A DNA stretch of 36,179 nucleotides from Alteromonas sp. (GCA_964220215.1 CAXPTH010000005.1:1-36179), one strand, 5' to 3'. Counted from the first letter of the stretch, positions 7,388-19,894 are shown. Numbers and translations: made by a program. The notes: generated by a model from the letters alone, not told the origin.

Positions 7388-10300
7388 ATGACAGCAGATA
7401 ATAGCATAGTGCGAAACGACGAGTTTAAACCGGGAGCCGATGAGTTTACCGATCCAGTTAGCCGTCGACATTTTTTAAAAATTATGGGCGCCTCCATGGC
7501 GCTAGCCGGTTTAACCGGATGTACCGCCATTCGAAAGCCCGTTCAGACCATTCGGCCATACGCCAAGCGTCCCGAGCACGTTCTGCCCGGCAAAGCAACC
7601 TATTATGCCAGTAGCTTGAGTGTAGGCGAGCACGTGACCGGCATTTTGGGTGCGACCCATTCCGGCCGGCCAACTAAATTGGAAGGCAATCCGTTGCATT
7701 CCGGTAGCCAGGGGGCGCTGTCCATGCATCAGCAAGCGGCAATTTTAGATTTGTATGATCCAGACCGATTAACCGCCCCGCAACACGCCGGCAGTGTCAG
7801 TACCTGGGCCGAGTTTGAAGCCGCCTACCAGCAATGGATTCCTGCCTTGCGAAAAAGCAATGGAAAGGGACTCGTGATTGTGAGTGAACAGCAGGCATCT
7901 CCAACATTTTTCCGGCTGATTCAACGCATTCAAAAACAGTTTCCTCAGGCAATGATCACCACCTATGAAGCGCTAGCTGCCGATAGTCAGCGCGAGGGTT
8001 TGTACCAAGCGACACGGCGGCATGTGACCCCCGTCTATGAATTGGATAAAGCCGATGTTATTGTGTCCATTGAATCGGATTTTCTAGGTGTAGATCCTCA
8101 GTCGGTGCGCTACAGCCGGGAGTTTGCGGCTAAGCGGTCCCCAGAGTCTCCCATGAACCGGCTCTATATGGTAGAGGCGGGTCGATCCATTACAGGGGCC
8201 AAAGCCGACCATCGGTTTGCCCTGAAGTCCACCCTGGCCGGACTCTTTTTCTATCGTCTAGTTTGGGCGCTCATTCAAGCGCGTGTGGTTGCCGTTCCAT
8301 CGGTGTATCAATCGGCCATTAAGACAGCGGCGGCACAAGCCGACAAGCATATTCCGGGTGTGTCCGAGTCTGTTGCGGCGATTGTGGATGATATTCGCCA
8401 TCACAGAACAAACTCGGTGTTGATGGTTGGGGATGCTATGCCCGCATCGGTGCATGGTCTGGCGCATATTGTGAACCAGTCCCTCCGCTCGAAAGCCTAC
8501 GGGGTCCGGGCGCGTAATTTTGCGAATATTGGGATGAATCAAGCCACATCGCAGGATCAAATCCAGCGGGTTGTGGAGCGATTGAATACCGGTGATGTTG
8601 AAGCGTTAGTTGTCGTGGGTGGCAATCCGGTGTATACCGTTCCCCAGGCGTTGAATTTTGAAGACGCCATGAAAAAAGCCAAGCAGTGCGTGCACATTAC
8701 ACCCCTGGCTAATGAAACCAGTGCCCACAGTCAGTGGGTGTTGCCCCTGTCCCATGCCTTGGAATCTTGGGGGGATTTGATGGCCGCTTATGATGGAGCT
8801 ATTAGTGTGGTTCAACCGTTAATTCGTCCAATGTATGACACCAAAAGTGCCATTGAATGTTTGGCAATTCTAGCCGGTGTAGCTGCCAATGGATACCGCC
8901 AAGTGCGTCAAACGTGGCGATCTCAGTGGGGTAATTTTGAACAGACGTGGCGCCAATGGTTGCACGATGGGGTTAAAGCCGGGAAAGCGAACCGTGTCTT
9001 GCCAGCTATTGTGGATGGCGGATTGTCTCGGTCGGTCCGTGCAGATGTGGCCCGGTACAAAGGTCAGCATCCCGATGCGATTGAGTTGGTGCTTCGGCCT
9101 GATTATACTGTTTATGATGGCCGGTTTAGCAACAACGGTTGGTTGCAAGAAGCGCCCGATCCGGTGACTAAATTGACTTGGGACAATGCGTTGTTGATGA
9201 GCGTTTCGCTTGCCGATGCTTTGGGGATTGCCAATGAAAGCCTGGTGGATGTTGGGGTGCCCAATGGTCCCACAGTGCGTGTGCCTGCGTATCGAATCCC
9301 CGGCATTGCGGACAACAGTCTATCGTTGGCCTTGGGGTATGGCAAGCAAAGTCAGAACCGCATTGAGTCGGGTATCGGGTTTAATGCGTATACCTTGCGG
9401 CCGGTTGATACGTGTTGTGTTGCTGTAGATCTAACCCAAACGTTTGAAACCTATCCATTAAGCAATGCGCAAGAGCAATTGAGTATGGAAGGGCGACCGT
9501 TAATGCAAAAAGCCACGCTAGCAAAATATAAAAAGCACCCCGATTTTGCCCAGCATGCCGAGCATGTCTTGCATGAGAAATCATCCTGGGAAGAGTATAA
9601 ATACGATACCGGAAATCAATGGGGGATGGCGATTGATTTGAGCAAGTGTACGGGCTGTAATGCGTGTGTAATTGCGTGTCAGGCTGAAAACAATATTCCG
9701 ATTGTGGGCAAAGATGAAATTCGAAACGGTCGGGATATGCACTGGATCCGTGTGGATCGGTATTTTGATGAAGTGTCCAAGGACGATGCCACAGATTCTG
9801 GCTTTGTTCAGCAGCCTGTGACGTGTTTGCATTGCGAGAATGCCCCGTGTGAGCAGGTGTGTCCGGTTGCGGCAACGGTGCATGATGAAGAAGGGATTAA
9901 CAATATGGTGTACAACCGATGTGTTGGAACTCGGTATTGTGCCAACAACTGTCCGGTAAAAGTGCGTCGATTTAACTTTTTTGATTACCATCAACGCCAT
10001 GTGCATGCGGTGAAAAAGAACAGTACCCATGTCTTTGAATTATTTAAAGAGCCGGCCAAGCAGTTGCAAATGCAGTTTAATCCCGATGTAACGGTTCGGA
10101 TGCGCGGGGTTATGGAAAAATGCACGTATTGTCTGCAGCGCATCAAGCGGGTGGGTATCGATGCGAAAAATGCCGGACGGGCTATTCAAGATGGCGAGAT
10201 TCAGACGGCGTGTCAGCAAAGTTGTCCAGCCGATGCGATTTCATTCGGGAATATTCTGGATGAAAGCAGTCGGGTATACAAGGATCGACACAGCAAACGA

Positions 10301-10444
10301 AACTATGAATTGTTGCGAACCTTGCGGTTAAAATCACGCACAACGTATTTAGCGGCGATTCGAAATGCAAATTCAGAACTTGTTAAATCCAGCGGTGATG
10401 GGCATGCATCATCCGACAACCACGGAGGCGGGCATCATGAGTAA
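7388..10444 (+). CDS. actB: Alternative complex III subunit ActB (molybdopterin-oxidoreductase-like plus Fe-S domain)
   Basis: Tat motif SRRHFLK with LTGC lipobox; [41 protein letters not shown] motifs; SD AAGGAG before ATG 7388. Confidence 0.95.
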   Translation: MTADNSIVRNDEFKPGADEFTDPVSRRHFLKIMGASMALAGLTGCTAIRKPVQTIRPYAKRPEHVLPGKATYYASSLSVGEHVTGILGATHSGRPTKLEGNPLHSGSQGALSMHQQAAILDLYDPDRLTAPQHAGSVSTWAEFEAAYQQWIPALRKSNGKGLVIVSEQQASPTFFRLIQRIQKQFPQAMITTYEALAADSQREGLYQATRRHVTPVYELDKADVIVSIESDFLGVDPQSVRYSREFAAKRSPESPMNRLYMVEAGRSITGAKADHRFALKSTLAGLFFYRLVWALIQARVVAVPSVYQSAIKTAAAQADKHIPGVSESVAAIVDDIRHHRTNSVLMVGDAMPASVHGLAHIVNQSLRSKAYGVRARNFANIGMNQATSQDQIQRVVERLNTGDVEALVVVGGNPVYTVPQALNFEDAMKKAKQCVHITPLANETSAHSQWVLPLSHALESWGDLMAAYDGAISVVQPLIRPMYDTKSAIECLAILAGVAANGYRQVRQTWRSQWGNFEQTWRQWLHDGVKAGKANRVLPAIVDGGLSRSVRADVARYKGQHPDAIELVLRPDYTVYDGRFSNNGWLQEAPDPVTKLTWDNALLMSVSLADALGIANESLVDVGVPNGPTVRVPAYRIPGIADNSLSLALGYGKQSQNRIESGIGFNAYTLRPVDTCCVAVDLTQTFETYPLSNAQEQLSMEGRPLMQKATLAKYKKHPDFAQHAEHVLHEKSSWEEYKYDTGNQWGMAIDLSKCTGCNACVIACQAENNIPIVGKDEIRNGRDMHWIRVDRYFDEVSKDDATDSGFVQQPVTCLHCENAPCEQVCPVAATVHDEEGINNMVYNRCVGTRYCANNCPVKVRRFNFFDYHQRHVHAVKKNSTHVFELFKEPAKQLQMQFNPDVTVRMRGVMEKCTYCLQRIKRVGIDAKNAGRAIQDGEIQTACQQSCPADAISFGNILDESSRVYKDRHSKRNYELLRTLRLKSRTTYLAAIRNANSELVKSSGDGHASSDNHGGGHHE

Positions 10445-11831
10445 ATATTCAGAGCATCCAGCTGTCGCACGAACGGTTTTGGTTCAAGGCGACGCCAGTT
10501 ACGAGGCAATCACAGAAACGGTGCATCGGCCAGCCATTACAAAGCCGCCAAAATGGTGGCACATTGGGTTGTCGGCCGGCATTACCGGGATTGCGTTGTT
10601 ATTGAGCATGATCGGGTACTTGGTGTTTGAGGGCGTTGGCGTTTGGGGGTTGAACAATCCAGTGGGTTGGGGGTATGCCATTGTTAACTTTGTATTTTGG
10701 GTGGGTATTGGCCACGCTGGAACGTTGATTTCAGCGATTTTGTTCTTATTCCGTCAAAATTGGCGAACGTCGATTAACCGATTCGCCGAAGCGATGACCA
10801 TTTTTGCGGTTATCTGTGCCTTGATTTTCCCCGGTATTCATATTGGTCGGGTGTGGGCGGCGCATTGGTTGTTTCCCATTCCCAATCAAATGGCCATGTG
10901 GCCCAACTTTCGAAGCCCATTGTTATGGGATGTGTTTGCGGTCAGTACGTATTTTACCGTGTCGTTAATGTTCTGGTTTGTGGGCTTGGTGCCCGATTTG
11001 GCAACGTTTCGGGATCGGGCTAAAACCAAAATTTCAAAGTTTGTCTACGGTATCTTTTCATTGGGTTGGCGTGGGTCCAGTCGGCACTGGTTGCATTATG
11101 AAAAGGCGTATTTATTGCTAGCGGCTCTGGCGACACCGCTGGTACTTTCTGTGCACTCGATTGTGAGTTTTGACTTTGCCGTATCCCAGTTGCCCGGTTG
11201 GCACACAACCATTTTCCCCCCGTATTTTGTCGCGGGAGCGATCTTTTCAGGGTTTGCCATGGTGGTAACCTTGATGGTTGTGTCGCGTAAATTGTTTGGA
11301 TTGGAGTCCATGATTACCGATCGGCATTTGGAAATTATGAACATGATTATTTTAGCCACAGGTACCATGGTGGGCTATGCGTATGCGATGGAGTTTTTCG
11401 TTGCCTGGTATTCGGGTAATGTGGTGGAGCAGTATGCATTTGTGAACCGAGCCTTTGGGCCCTACTGGTGGGCGTATTGGATCATGGTGAGCTGCAATGT
11501 AATTTCACCGCAATTGTTTTGGTTTAAAAAGATTCGAACCACCCCATGGCTTATGTTTGTGGTCAGCATTTTTGTGAACATTGGTATGTGGTTTGAACGA
11601 TTTGTTATTACAGTGACATCCTTATCCCGTGACTTTCTCCCGTCCAGTTGGGGGTATTACAGCCCAACCTGGGTGGATGTGATGACATTTGTTGGAAGCT
11701 TTGGTTTGTTTTTTACGCTATTGTTGCTATTCATGAAGTTTTTACCCATGATTGCTATTGCAGAGGTTAAAGCAGTCTTGCCCCATGAGCATCATGAAAC
11801 AGACACTGCGGATAAAGGAGGTGCCCACTGA
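10437..11831 (+). CDS. actC: Alternative complex III quinol-oxidising membrane subunit ActC (NrfD family)
   Basis: [52 protein letters not shown] motifs. Confidence 0.95.
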   Translation: MSKYSEHPAVARTVLVQGDASYEAITETVHRPAITKPPKWWHIGLSAGITGIALLLSMIGYLVFEGVGVWGLNNPVGWGYAIVNFVFWVGIGHAGTLISAILFLFRQNWRTSINRFAEAMTIFAVICALIFPGIHIGRVWAAHWLFPIPNQMAMWPNFRSPLLWDVFAVSTYFTVSLMFWFVGLVPDLATFRDRAKTKISKFVYGIFSLGWRGSSRHWLHYEKAYLLLAALATPLVLSVHSIVSFDFAVSQLPGWHTTIFPPYFVAGAIFSGFAMVVTLMVVSRKLFGLESMITDRHLEIMNMIILATGTMVGYAYAMEFFVAWYSGNVVEQYAFVNRAFGPYWWAYWIMVSCNVISPQLFWFKKIRTTPWLMFVVSIFVNIGMWFERFVITVTSLSRDFLPSSWGYYSPTWVDVMTFVGSFGLFFTLLLLFMKFLPMIAIAEVKAVLPHEHHETDTADKGGAH

Positions 11832-12376
11832 GTGACAATCAAGCGCCCCTGTATGGGGTCATGGCCGCCTTTGACTCTCCCGATGCGTTAATTGCGGCAT
11901 CCAAAGCTGTGGTCAAGGCGGGGTATTCTAAATTTGATACGTACACGCCGTTCCCTGTGCATGGTATTGAAAAAGCGATGAATTTAAAGCCGTCGCCTTT
12001 GCCGTGGTTGGTGTTGTGTGGAGGCTTGTTTGGCGCTGCGGCTGGGTTCAGTTTGCAAACATGGGTGTCGATTAAAGGCTATGCGTTGGTAATTAGCGGA
12101 AAGCCATTGTTTAGTTATCAAGCATTTGTTCCAGTTACGTTTGAATTGATGATTTTGTTCAGTGCGTTTGCCACGGTGTTTGGGATGTTTGCGATTAATA
12201 AATTGCCCCAATATTATCACCCGGTTTTTACACAAAAATGTTTTGAGTCGGTCACAACCGATGGCTTTTTTCTAGTGATTGAAAGTGCAGACCCTAAATT
12301 TGAATTGGCTAAGGTGCGTCAGTTTTTAGAAAAAAATGGCGGGCAAACCATTGTAGATGTGAGGGATGAAGGATGA
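11828..12376 (+). CDS. actD: Alternative complex III subunit ActD (DUF3341)
   Basis: [22 protein letters not shown] motifs; probable CTG start at 11828 (first ATG 11861). Confidence 0.9.
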   Translation: MSDNQAPLYGVMAAFDSPDALIAASKAVVKAGYSKFDTYTPFPVHGIEKAMNLKPSPLPWLVLCGGLFGAAAGFSLQTWVSIKGYALVISGKPLFSYQAFVPVTFELMILFSAFATVFGMFAINKLPQYYHPVFTQKCFESVTTDGFFLVIESADPKFELAKVRQFLEKNGGQTIVDVRDEG

Positions 12377-12999
12377 TGATGAAACGGTATATATGTATTC
12401 TAATAGTTGTCGTGGCCTGTGTAGGGCTAACAGGGTGCCGAGGCGTTCGGTCTGAAAAGCCACCCATTCACCCCAATGTGAATATGGATTATCAGCCTCG
12501 GTTTGATAAGCAAGAGTTGCCGATGGGTCTTCCGGATGGGGTGGTGCCTTATAGTTATGTAACCACAGACCCATCGGATGCTTCTCGGTCGCAGATTATG
12601 AAATCCGGTAAGCCTGCTGGGTATTACACGGGGAAATCCGATGGGCAGTATGTGAAGCGTGCGCCGATTCAAGTTACGGATGCCGTATTGGAAACTGGCC
12701 GTGAGCGATACAATATTTATTGTTCGGTGTGTCACGATCAAACGGGTTCTGGCAATGGGACGGTTGTACAGCGGGGGTATTTGCGGCCGCCGCATTTAGC
12801 GGATGAACGGTTGATCGAGTCTCCCGATGGGTATATCTATGATGTTATTGCTAACGGGGTTCGAAACATGCCGGCCTATGGCAATAAAATTTCTGAGGCG
12901 GATCGCTGGGCCATTGTGACGTATGTGCGTGCTTTGCAGCGATTGGATGGGGTCCCCATGTCCGAGGTTCCCGCTGAATACCGTGGTCGGTTGAAGTAA
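12373..12999 (+). CDS. actE: Alternative complex III monoheme cytochrome c lipoprotein ActE
   Basis: LTGC lipobox, MDYQP, CSVCH, MPAY, DRWAIVTYVRALQ. Confidence 0.93.
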   Translation: MMMKRYICILIVVVACVGLTGCRGVRSEKPPIHPNVNMDYQPRFDKQELPMGLPDGVVPYSYVTTDPSDASRSQIMKSGKPAGYYTGKSDGQYVKRAPIQVTDAVLETGRERYNIYCSVCHDQTGSGNGTVVQRGYLRPPHLADERLIESPDGYIYDVIANGVRNMPAYGNKISEADRWAIVTYVRALQRLDGVPMSEVPAEYRGRLK

Positions 13000-13008
13000 G
13001 GAGTGCGT

Positions 13009-14199
13009 ATGAAATCAGTAGAAGTTAAAGCGGAGCAGTTGTCGGGTCGGTTTTCAAAATTTACCCGATTGCATGGTGTCGTAGCGGTTGTGTTTGGCTT
13101 GTTGTCCCTACTATTGGTGAAGGGTCAAGCCAATCACGGATTGCCCATGTATTTGAGTGTGTTTATGTTTTTCTTAACGATTACGTTGGGGGGCTTGTTT
13201 TGGGTCACTATTTTTCATTTGACGCGATCCGGCTGGAGTGTTGTTGTTCGCCGATTATTTGAACACTTAATGCATCGAGCTGGCTTTATGGCGATTCTAT
13301 TTATTCCCATTCTATTGGGGTTGCATGGGTTGTATGAGTGGACCCATGCGTCGCATGTGATGCAGGATCACTTATTGCAAGTTAAGGCTCCGTATTTAAA
13401 TCAGCCATTTTTTATTGGTCGCTCTATTCTGTATTTTGTGGTTTGGTTTGTGTTAGCTCGGGGATTTTTTAACGATTCGACACAACAAGATACCAATGGG
13501 GATCCGTTATTAACCGCTCGGTCTCAAAAACGGTCAACCTACGGTATTTTGCTCTATGCGATTACGATTAGTTTTGCGGGCATTGACTGGATCATGACCC
13601 TAACACCACATTGGTATTCAACCATGTTTGGGGTGTACATCTTTGCCGGGGCTGCTTTGTCCAGTTTGTGTGTGGTGAGTTTGCTGGCCTTGTTTTTGCG
13701 ACGCAATGGGTTTTTATCTACTGTTATTTCGGTTGAGCACTATCATGATTTGGGCAAGTTAATTTATGGCTTTGTTATTTTTTGGGCGTATATTGGTTTC
13801 TCTCAATACTTTTTGATTTGGTATGCCAATATTCCAGAAGAGACGATGTTTTACTTATCGCGCAATACAGATGCGTGGAAAGCCGTGTCATTGCTGTTGG
13901 TGCTTGGGCATTTTTTGGTGCCATTTGTGTTGTTCATGTCTCGGCATATGAAACGCAATCGAATCGTTCACGGATGCATTGCCGCTTGGATTTTGCTTAT
14001 GCATGCCGTTGATATGCTGTGGTTGGTATTGCCGACATTTTATCCCAATGGCTACACCGTCACGCTGTTGGATGTGTCGATTGTTATTACCTTAGGGGCC
14101 GGGTATGGTTGGGCGGTGTGGAAGGGCTTGGATTCGGTTGCCTTATTTCCCCATCAAGACCCGCGTGTAGAAGAATCAATGAGGTTTGAAAATGTCTAG
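13009..14199 (+). CDS. actF: Alternative complex III membrane subunit ActF
   Basis: Polytopic; GWSVVVRR, DWIMTLTPHWYSTMFG, HYHDLGK, SQYFLIWYANIPEE. Confidence 0.92.
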   Translation: MKSVEVKAEQLSGRFSKFTRLHGVVAVVFGLLSLLLVKGQANHGLPMYLSVFMFFLTITLGGLFWVTIFHLTRSGWSVVVRRLFEHLMHRAGFMAILFIPILLGLHGLYEWTHASHVMQDHLLQVKAPYLNQPFFIGRSILYFVVWFVLARGFFNDSTQQDTNGDPLLTARSQKRSTYGILLYAITISFAGIDWIMTLTPHWYSTMFGVYIFAGAALSSLCVVSLLALFLRRNGFLSTVISVEHYHDLGKLIYGFVIFWAYIGFSQYFLIWYANIPEETMFYLSRNTDAWKAVSLLLVLGHFLVPFVLFMSRHMKRNRIVHGCIAAWILLMHAVDMLWLVLPTFYPNGYTVTLLDVSIVITLGAGYGWAVWKGLDSVALFPHQDPRVEESMRFENV

Positions 14200-14494
14200 T
14201 GGTGGTTATGATCGATCCGAGTTGAATTATCCGGTTATTATGGGCATTGTGATTGCAATTGCTGTGTTTTTTGCAGCCGTGTTTATTGTGCTGCCTATTT
14301 TTTATCAAGCTGGGTTTGATCAAAAACTGCTTCAGCTGGAAAAAAATATGCCAACCCCTCAATTGGACGCCTTGCGCTTAAAAGAGTCTGAGGTTCTAGC
14401 CCGATTTGAGTGGAAAAACAAACCCAATCAAACAGTATATATTCCAATTGACGTGGCAATGGGTACTGTGGTTGATGATTACCGATCTCGCTAA
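14192..14494 (+). CDS. actG: Small single-TM protein, ActG-like
   Basis: One TM helix, C-terminal YIPIDVAM motif, position between actF and SCO. Confidence 0.65.
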   Translation: MSSGGYDRSELNYPVIMGIVIAIAVFFAAVFIVLPIFYQAGFDQKLLQLEKNMPTPQLDALRLKESEVLARFEWKNKPNQTVYIPIDVAMGTVVDDYRSR

Positions 14495-15266
14495 ACGATT
14501 TCTGGCACTGTTAATCGTGGCCCTCACCGTGGGGGCCGCAGAACCCAAGCCAGCGGCTATTAAGGATGTTGGGGTGACTGAAAAAATTGGTCAATACATT
14601 CCCATGACGCCAGTATTTACGGACAGTCGGGGGCGAACAGCGCCCTTGTCCGAGCATCTTCTGTCGGGCAAGCCGGCCTTGTTTAATTTTGTTTATTTTA
14701 ATTGCCCGATGTTGTGCCATTTAATTTTAGAAGGCCTGCAACAATCGCTGGAACAAATGGATGCGGATACGTTAAGCAAGATGCATGTGGTGTCAATGAG
14801 TTTTGATCCGCGCGACACGCATGAGCATGCGGCTAAATTTGAAGCTCGGTATCGCGAAACGATTGATCCTGCGTTAACGTGGTCGTTTTTAGTGGGGGAT
14901 GCCGATGCCATTCAGGCGGTGACGGATGCGGCTGGGTTTTATTATCGCTACGAAGATGCCATTAATGAGTATGCCCATGGGTCGGTTTTGGTTGCGGTAT
15001 CGGCAGACGGGAAAATCCAGCGGTATATTTACGGGATTGAGTACGATCCGTTTGATTTAAAAATGGCATTATTGGAAACTGGTGCAACAAATTCTAAGTC
15101 ATTGGTAGATAGTTTCCTGTTGTTTTGTTATACTTACGATAGTAGTACAAACAGCTATGTGTTGCAGGCTAAACAAGTGATGAAAATAGCCTCGGGGTTC
15201 GTAGCACTGGTACTCATTGGTTTGATTGTATATTTGGGATTATCGAATAAGCGAAATGCATTATGA
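14475..15266 (+). CDS. SCO1/SenC family copper chaperone
   Basis: YFNCPMLC motif, SFDPRD, YAHGS histidine, LLFCYTYD, C-terminal TM. Confidence 0.9.
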   Translation: MITDLAKRFLALLIVALTVGAAEPKPAAIKDVGVTEKIGQYIPMTPVFTDSRGRTAPLSEHLLSGKPALFNFVYFNCPMLCHLILEGLQQSLEQMDADTLSKMHVVSMSFDPRDTHEHAAKFEARYRETIDPALTWSFLVGDADAIQAVTDAAGFYYRYEDAINEYAHGSVLVAVSADGKIQRYIYGIEYDPFDLKMALLETGATNSKSLVDSFLLFCYTYDSSTNSYVLQAKQVMKIASGFVALVLIGLIVYLGLSNKRNAL

Positions 15267-16219
15267 ATGAGTCATTGGTTGAATTTGGGTCTTTATTTTT
15301 TTCAAAACCAGCTACAGCGATAGCGGGTCAGGTTGATAGCCTGTTTACCTTTATTTTATGGGTATCTATTGTGTTGTTTGTGTTGGTGTTTGGGGCGGCG
15401 GCACTGTTTGTGTTTAAGTACCGATCCAAGGGCCGAACGGATATTCCCAAGCAACAATGGATTCATGATAATCGATTTGAGTTGTTGTGGACGGTAGTGC
15501 CATTTATATTGGTTATGGTTGTATTTGTTTGGGGATTTAAAGACTTTTTCTTGTTGCGGGTGGCTCCCAGTTACAGTTATGAAATTTCAGTAACGGGTAA
15601 GAAGTGGTTTTGGGTATTTGATTATCCGGATACAGGGAAAACAGTGATGAATGACTTGGTTGTGCCGGTGAACCAGCCCATTAAGTTGATTATGGCCTCG
15701 GAAGATGTCTTGCACAGTTTCTACATTCCCAATATGCGGATTAAGCGCGATGTGATTCCCAACCGATACACCACGCTAACATTTACCGCCGATCGCGTGG
15801 GTGAGTTTACTATTTTTTGTACAGAGTATTGTGGGGATGGTCACTCAGCCATGTTGGCAAACTTGAAAGTCTTGTCTCAAGCGGATTTCGAGGAGTGGAA
15901 ACAATCCGGAGGGGCTTCGGAAGACATGCCTTTGGCAGATCTGGGCAAAAAATTATATGCCGATAAGATGTGCAATACCTGTCACTCACTGGATGGGTCG
16001 CCGATGTCAGGGCCCTCTTGGAAAGGCTTGTACAATACCAATCGTGAATTATCGGATGGTAGTGTTGTTCTGGCTGATGAGAACTATTTGCGTGAGTCAA
16101 TTGTTGATCCGAAAGCAAAGATTGCAGCGGGGTATGCACCCGTTATGCCGGCCTATGCGGGATTGTTGTCCGATCGTGAAATCAATGCCCTCATTGAGTA
16201 TATAAAGGAGATTAAGTAA
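15263..16219 (+). CDS. coxB: Cytochrome c oxidase subunit II with fused cytochrome c (caa3 type)
   Basis: Two TM helices, DVLHSF and [12 protein letters not shown]uA ligands, C-terminal CNTCH. Confidence 0.96.
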   Translation: MNESLVEFGSLFFSKPATAIAGQVDSLFTFILWVSIVLFVLVFGAAALFVFKYRSKGRTDIPKQQWIHDNRFELLWTVVPFILVMVVFVWGFKDFFLLRVAPSYSYEISVTGKKWFWVFDYPDTGKTVMNDLVVPVNQPIKLIMASEDVLHSFYIPNMRIKRDVIPNRYTTLTFTADRVGEFTIFCTEYCGDGHSAMLANLKVLSQADFEEWKQSGGASEDMPLADLGKKLYADKMCNTCHSLDGSPMSGPSWKGLYNTNRELSDGSVVLADENYLRESIVDPKAKIAAGYAPVMPAYAGLLSDREINALIEYIKEIK

Positions 16220-17826
16220 TGGCACATTCGGCGTCTGGTTCCGTAAACTTTTTTAAAGCATCCTCGGGTTGGCGATCTTGGTTATTCACCTTGGATCACA
16301 AGCGCATTGGGATTATGTATTTAATATCCATTATTATTGCGTTTGGATTGGGGGGGTTGTTTGCGATGGCGTTGCGGCTGGAGTTGTTGAGCCCTTCGCC
16401 CATTTTATTTTCGGCCAAAGAGTATAACCAATTGTTTACCCTGCATGGGGCCATTATGACTTTTTTGTTTATTATTCCGTCCATTCCGGCGGCATTGGGC
16501 AACTTCTTATTGCCAATTATGATTGGGGCCAAAGATTTTGCGTTTCCTAAGTTAAACTTAGCAAGCTTGCATATTTATATTGTTGGGGCTTTGTTTTTGT
16601 TGACCTCGTTGTTTGTGGGTGGGGCGGATACGGGCTGGACGTTTTACACGCCATATTCTGTTGAAACCGATACCAGTACAGTTATGACAACCCTGGGCGT
16701 GTTTATTTTGGGGTTCTCATCGATTTTAACAGGGATTAATTTCATTGTGACGGTGCATAAAATGCGGGTTCCGGGTTTAACGTGGATGCGCTTGCCCCTA
16801 CTCATTTGGGCCTTGTATTCCACAGCGGTGATTCAGGTGTTGGCAACGCCTGTATTGGCTATTACCTTGATGCTCTTGGTGGTGGAGCGGGTCTTTGGTG
16901 TGGGGATTTTTGATCCAGCCTTGGGTGGGGATCCGGTTTTATTTCAGCACTTTTTCTGGTTTTATTCGCATCCAGCGGTATATATTATGATTTTGCCAGC
17001 GATGGGTGTCATCAGTGAAATTGTCACGACCTTTTGTAAAAAAAATATTTTTGGTTATAAAATCATGGCGGCTTCGAGTATTTCCATTGCCGTTATTGGG
17101 TTTTTGGTTTGGGGGCATCACATGTTTACCAGTCAATCCCCATTGGCCTCGGCTATTTTTTCGTTTTTAACCTTTTTTGTGTCCATTCCATCGGGTATCA
17201 AATTGTTTAACTGGGTAGCCACAATGTATCGGGGTAATATTGATTTAAAAACCCCGTTTTTATACTTTCTAGCCTTTCTGTTTTTGTTTTTTATTGGTGG
17301 AATTACCGGTGTTGTTCTGGGAGCCTTGTCCTTGAATGTTCATTTGCATGATACCTACTTTGTTGTGGCGCACTTTCATTATGTGATGGTTGGTGGTACC
17401 ACGATTGCCTTTTTGGGTGGCTTGCACTACTGGTGGCCCAAGATTACGGGGCGTATGTATTCAGAGGCTTGGGCTCGAGTTGCGTGTGGGTTAATCTTTC
17501 TTGGGTTTAACATGGTCTTTTTGGTTCAGTTTTTCCTGGGTTCTAAAGGGATGCCCCGCCGATATTACACATATTTGGATCAATTTCAGCCCATGCATGC
17601 CTTTTCCACATCGGGGACCTGGGTGTTGGGGCTTGGGTTTATTTTGGTCGTCTTTTATTTGATTGATTCGTTGTTAAATGGGGAGCAAGCACCAGCGAAT
17701 CCATGGGGTGGGCTTACATTGGAATGGCGAGCAGCGTCACCCCCAGTGCTAGAAAACTTTGAGACGAACCAACAGGTTACCCATGATCCGTATGATTATG
17801 AACACGGGACGATTCCCCATGCATAA
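16219..17826 (+). CDS. coxA: Cytochrome c oxidase subunit I, A2 subtype
   Basis: [23 protein letters not shown] (YS motif), WGHHMF, AHFHY. Confidence 0.97.
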   Translation: MAHSASGSVNFFKASSGWRSWLFTLDHKRIGIMYLISIIIAFGLGGLFAMALRLELLSPSPILFSAKEYNQLFTLHGAIMTFLFIIPSIPAALGNFLLPIMIGAKDFAFPKLNLASLHIYIVGALFLLTSLFVGGADTGWTFYTPYSVETDTSTVMTTLGVFILGFSSILTGINFIVTVHKMRVPGLTWMRLPLLIWALYSTAVIQVLATPVLAITLMLLVVERVFGVGIFDPALGGDPVLFQHFFWFYSHPAVYIMILPAMGVISEIVTTFCKKNIFGYKIMAASSISIAVIGFLVWGHHMFTSQSPLASAIFSFLTFFVSIPSGIKLFNWVATMYRGNIDLKTPFLYFLAFLFLFFIGGITGVVLGALSLNVHLHDTYFVVAHFHYVMVGGTTIAFLGGLHYWWPKITGRMYSEAWARVACGLIFLGFNMVFLVQFFLGSKGMPRRYYTYLDQFQPMHAFSTSGTWVLGLGFILVVFYLIDSLLNGEQAPANPWGGLTLEWRAASPPVLENFETNQQVTHDPYDYEHGTIPHA

Positions 17827-18457
17827 GATTATTCCCCATCATGTTGCGCATCATTTTGATGATGCAGACCAAGAGTTTGATGCCGCTAAAATTGGTATGT
17901 GGCTGTTTTTGGCCCAAGAGTTGTTATTTTTTAGCGCCCTGTTTGTGGGGTATGGCGTGTTCCGGTTTTTGCACCCAGAGACGTTTCTGCATGCCAGCAA
18001 GTTGTTGTCCTGGAAGATGGGCTTGGTGAATACGATGGTGCTGATTACCAGTAGTTTTACTATGGTCATGGCGGTATGGATGACGCAGATGAACCGAGTA
18101 CGAGAGTCTATTCGCTTATTATGGGCAACCGCTGGCTTGGCCATGGTGTTCATGGTTATTAAATATTTTGAGTATTCGGCCAAAATCCACCATGGGTATT
18201 TGCCCGGATCGTGGTTTTCTGCCGCCGATGCTTACGAGCATTTGCATGTGTTTTTTACCTGTTATTTTTTAATTACGGGGTTACACGGCATTCACGTGTT
18301 AATTGGTGTTGGGCTGATTGTATGGTTAATTCGAAAAAGCAAGCAAGGGCTTTTGCACAAGGATTACTATACCCCGTTGGAAATGGTTGGGTTGTATTGG
18401 CATTTGGTTGATATTGTGTGGATTTTTGTATTTCCACTGTTGTATTTGGTAGGGTAA
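17819..18457 (+). CDS. coxC: Cytochrome c oxidase subunit III
   Basis: [32 protein letters not shown]. Confidence 0.95.
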   Translation: MHKIIPHHVAHHFDDADQEFDAAKIGMWLFLAQELLFFSALFVGYGVFRFLHPETFLHASKLLSWKMGLVNTMVLITSSFTMVMAVWMTQMNRVRESIRLLWATAGLAMVFMVIKYFEYSAKIHHGYLPGSWFSAADAYEHLHVFFTCYFLITGLHGIHVLIGVGLIVWLIRKSKQGLLHKDYYTPLEMVGLYWHLVDIVWIFVFPLLYLVG

Positions 18458-18461
18458 CGCT

Positions 18462-18833
18462 ATGGCATCATCACATCACATTGTTCCGGTTAAGGCCTTG
18501 ATTGGCACATTTATTGCTTTATTGGGCCTAACGGCGGTCACCGTTTTAGTTACGTTTATTGATTTAGGTCCGGCCTTAAACTTAGCATTGGCGTTATTAA
18601 TTGCGGGTATTAAAGCGAGCTTAGTATTGTCAATATTTATGGCCTTGCGTTGGGATAGCGGTTACAACGTACTGATCGTATTGAGTTCGTTTTTGTTTAT
18701 TGCGTTATTTGCGGTGTTTGTTATTTCTGATTTTGCATTCCGAGATTCCATTGATCCGATTGAAAAACAAACATTTGGGTTAGAAAGTCCCGTTAAGCCG
18801 CTATCCGAGGCGCATCCCTATAACGCCCATTAG
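18462..18833 (+). CDS. coxD: Cytochrome c oxidase subunit IV (caa3 CtaF/CoxD type)
   Basis: Three TM helices, IAGIKASLV..FMAL motif, position after coxC. Confidence 0.85.
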   Translation: MASSHHIVPVKALIGTFIALLGLTAVTVLVTFIDLGPALNLALALLIAGIKASLVLSIFMALRWDSGYNVLIVLSSFLFIALFAVFVISDFAFRDSIDPIEKQTFGLESPVKPLSEAHPYNAH

Positions 18834-18871
18834 GTTGGTATCTGTTCCCACGATCGGGTAGACTATAGTCT

Positions 18872-19867
18872 ATGCAGGCAATTACCCCCGATTGGATGGC
18901 CAAGCCCGATAGTGCGGCCCAAGTTCAGGCGGCAATGATTAGTGGTCAACTGGATACGGATACCATCTGTCAGATTTTTGAATATTGTGATGCCCATGGG
19001 GTTACACCGTCCGTGTTTGCTCACTTGGTTGCAGAGACGCGCAAGCACATGCATGCGGTGGCTGTAGCGATATCCCCATTGATGGACATGTGTGGCACGG
19101 GTGGGGATGGATGCAACACGATTAATATCTCTACAGCAGCCGCTGTTATTGTGGCTGCAACAGGCATTCCTGTTGCCAAGCATGGCAACCGAGCAGCCAG
19201 CAGCCAATGTGGCTCATCAGACGTTTTAGAGGCCTTGGGCATCCCCTTGATGCAAACCCCAGACGAATCGGTGAATCAACTCCATCAAACGGGTCTCGTT
19301 TTTTTATTTGCGCCATTGTATCACCCCGCATTGAGGCATGTTCGTGAGGCACGGAAACGCTATGGCAAAAAAACCTATTTTAACAAAATGGGCCCGCTTT
19401 TAAATCCAATGCCGGTCACACATCAAGTCATTGGGTTGTCGGATTATCGAGATGTCGACGACATGGCGCCGGTCTTGCATCAACAAGGTGTTCAGCGCGT
19501 GGCCTTTGTGTCGGGCGACTTTGGGGAAGATGAAGTTAGCATTGCGGGCCGCACGCGGGTCCAGATTTTGGAGCCCGATGGTCATGTACATACGGAGTGG
19601 TTTCATCCCGAAATGGTGGGTGTTGCCGAGCAACCGTTGGCAGCAATACGCGGCGGAGATGCCCCATACAATGCAAAAATACTCAAAAATATTTGGAATA
19701 ATCATGCCGAATCGGCGCATCAAAACGTGGTATTGCTTAATGCAATGATGGCGATTCATGTTTGCAAAAATAAATCGTTCTCTCAATGTTTTGAAGATGT
19801 TTTTAATGTGTGTGAATCCCAAAAGGCGAGCCGTTTATTTGCTCAATTATCCCAAATTCAGGGATAG
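18872..19867 (+). CDS. trpD: Anthranilate phosphoribosyltransferase
   Basis: DMCGTGGDG, NISTA, KHGNRAASSQCGSSDVLEALG, GPLLNP, DE motif. Confidence 0.9.
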   Translation: MQAITPDWMAKPDSAAQVQAAMISGQLDTDTICQIFEYCDAHGVTPSVFAHLVAETRKHMHAVAVAISPLMDMCGTGGDGCNTINISTAAAVIVAATGIPVAKHGNRAASSQCGSSDVLEALGIPLMQTPDESVNQLHQTGLVFLFAPLYHPALRHVREARKRYGKKTYFNKMGPLLNPMPVTHQVIGLSDYRDVDDMAPVLHQQGVQRVAFVSGDFGEDEVSIAGRTRVQILEPDGHVHTEWFHPEMVGVAEQPLAAIRGGDAPYNAKILKNIWNNHAESAHQNVVLLNAMMAIHVCKNKSFSQCFEDVFNVCESQKASRLFAQLSQIQG

Positions 19868-19894
19868 ATTTATAAAATTCGTTGCATCATTTAT

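Noticed and set aside
10395..10444. His-rich tail of ActB (and similar in ActC)
   Set aside because: Common low-complexity termini in ACIII subunits
18872..19867. trpD outside a trp operon
   Set aside because: Dispersed trp genes are common and the catalytic motifs look normal
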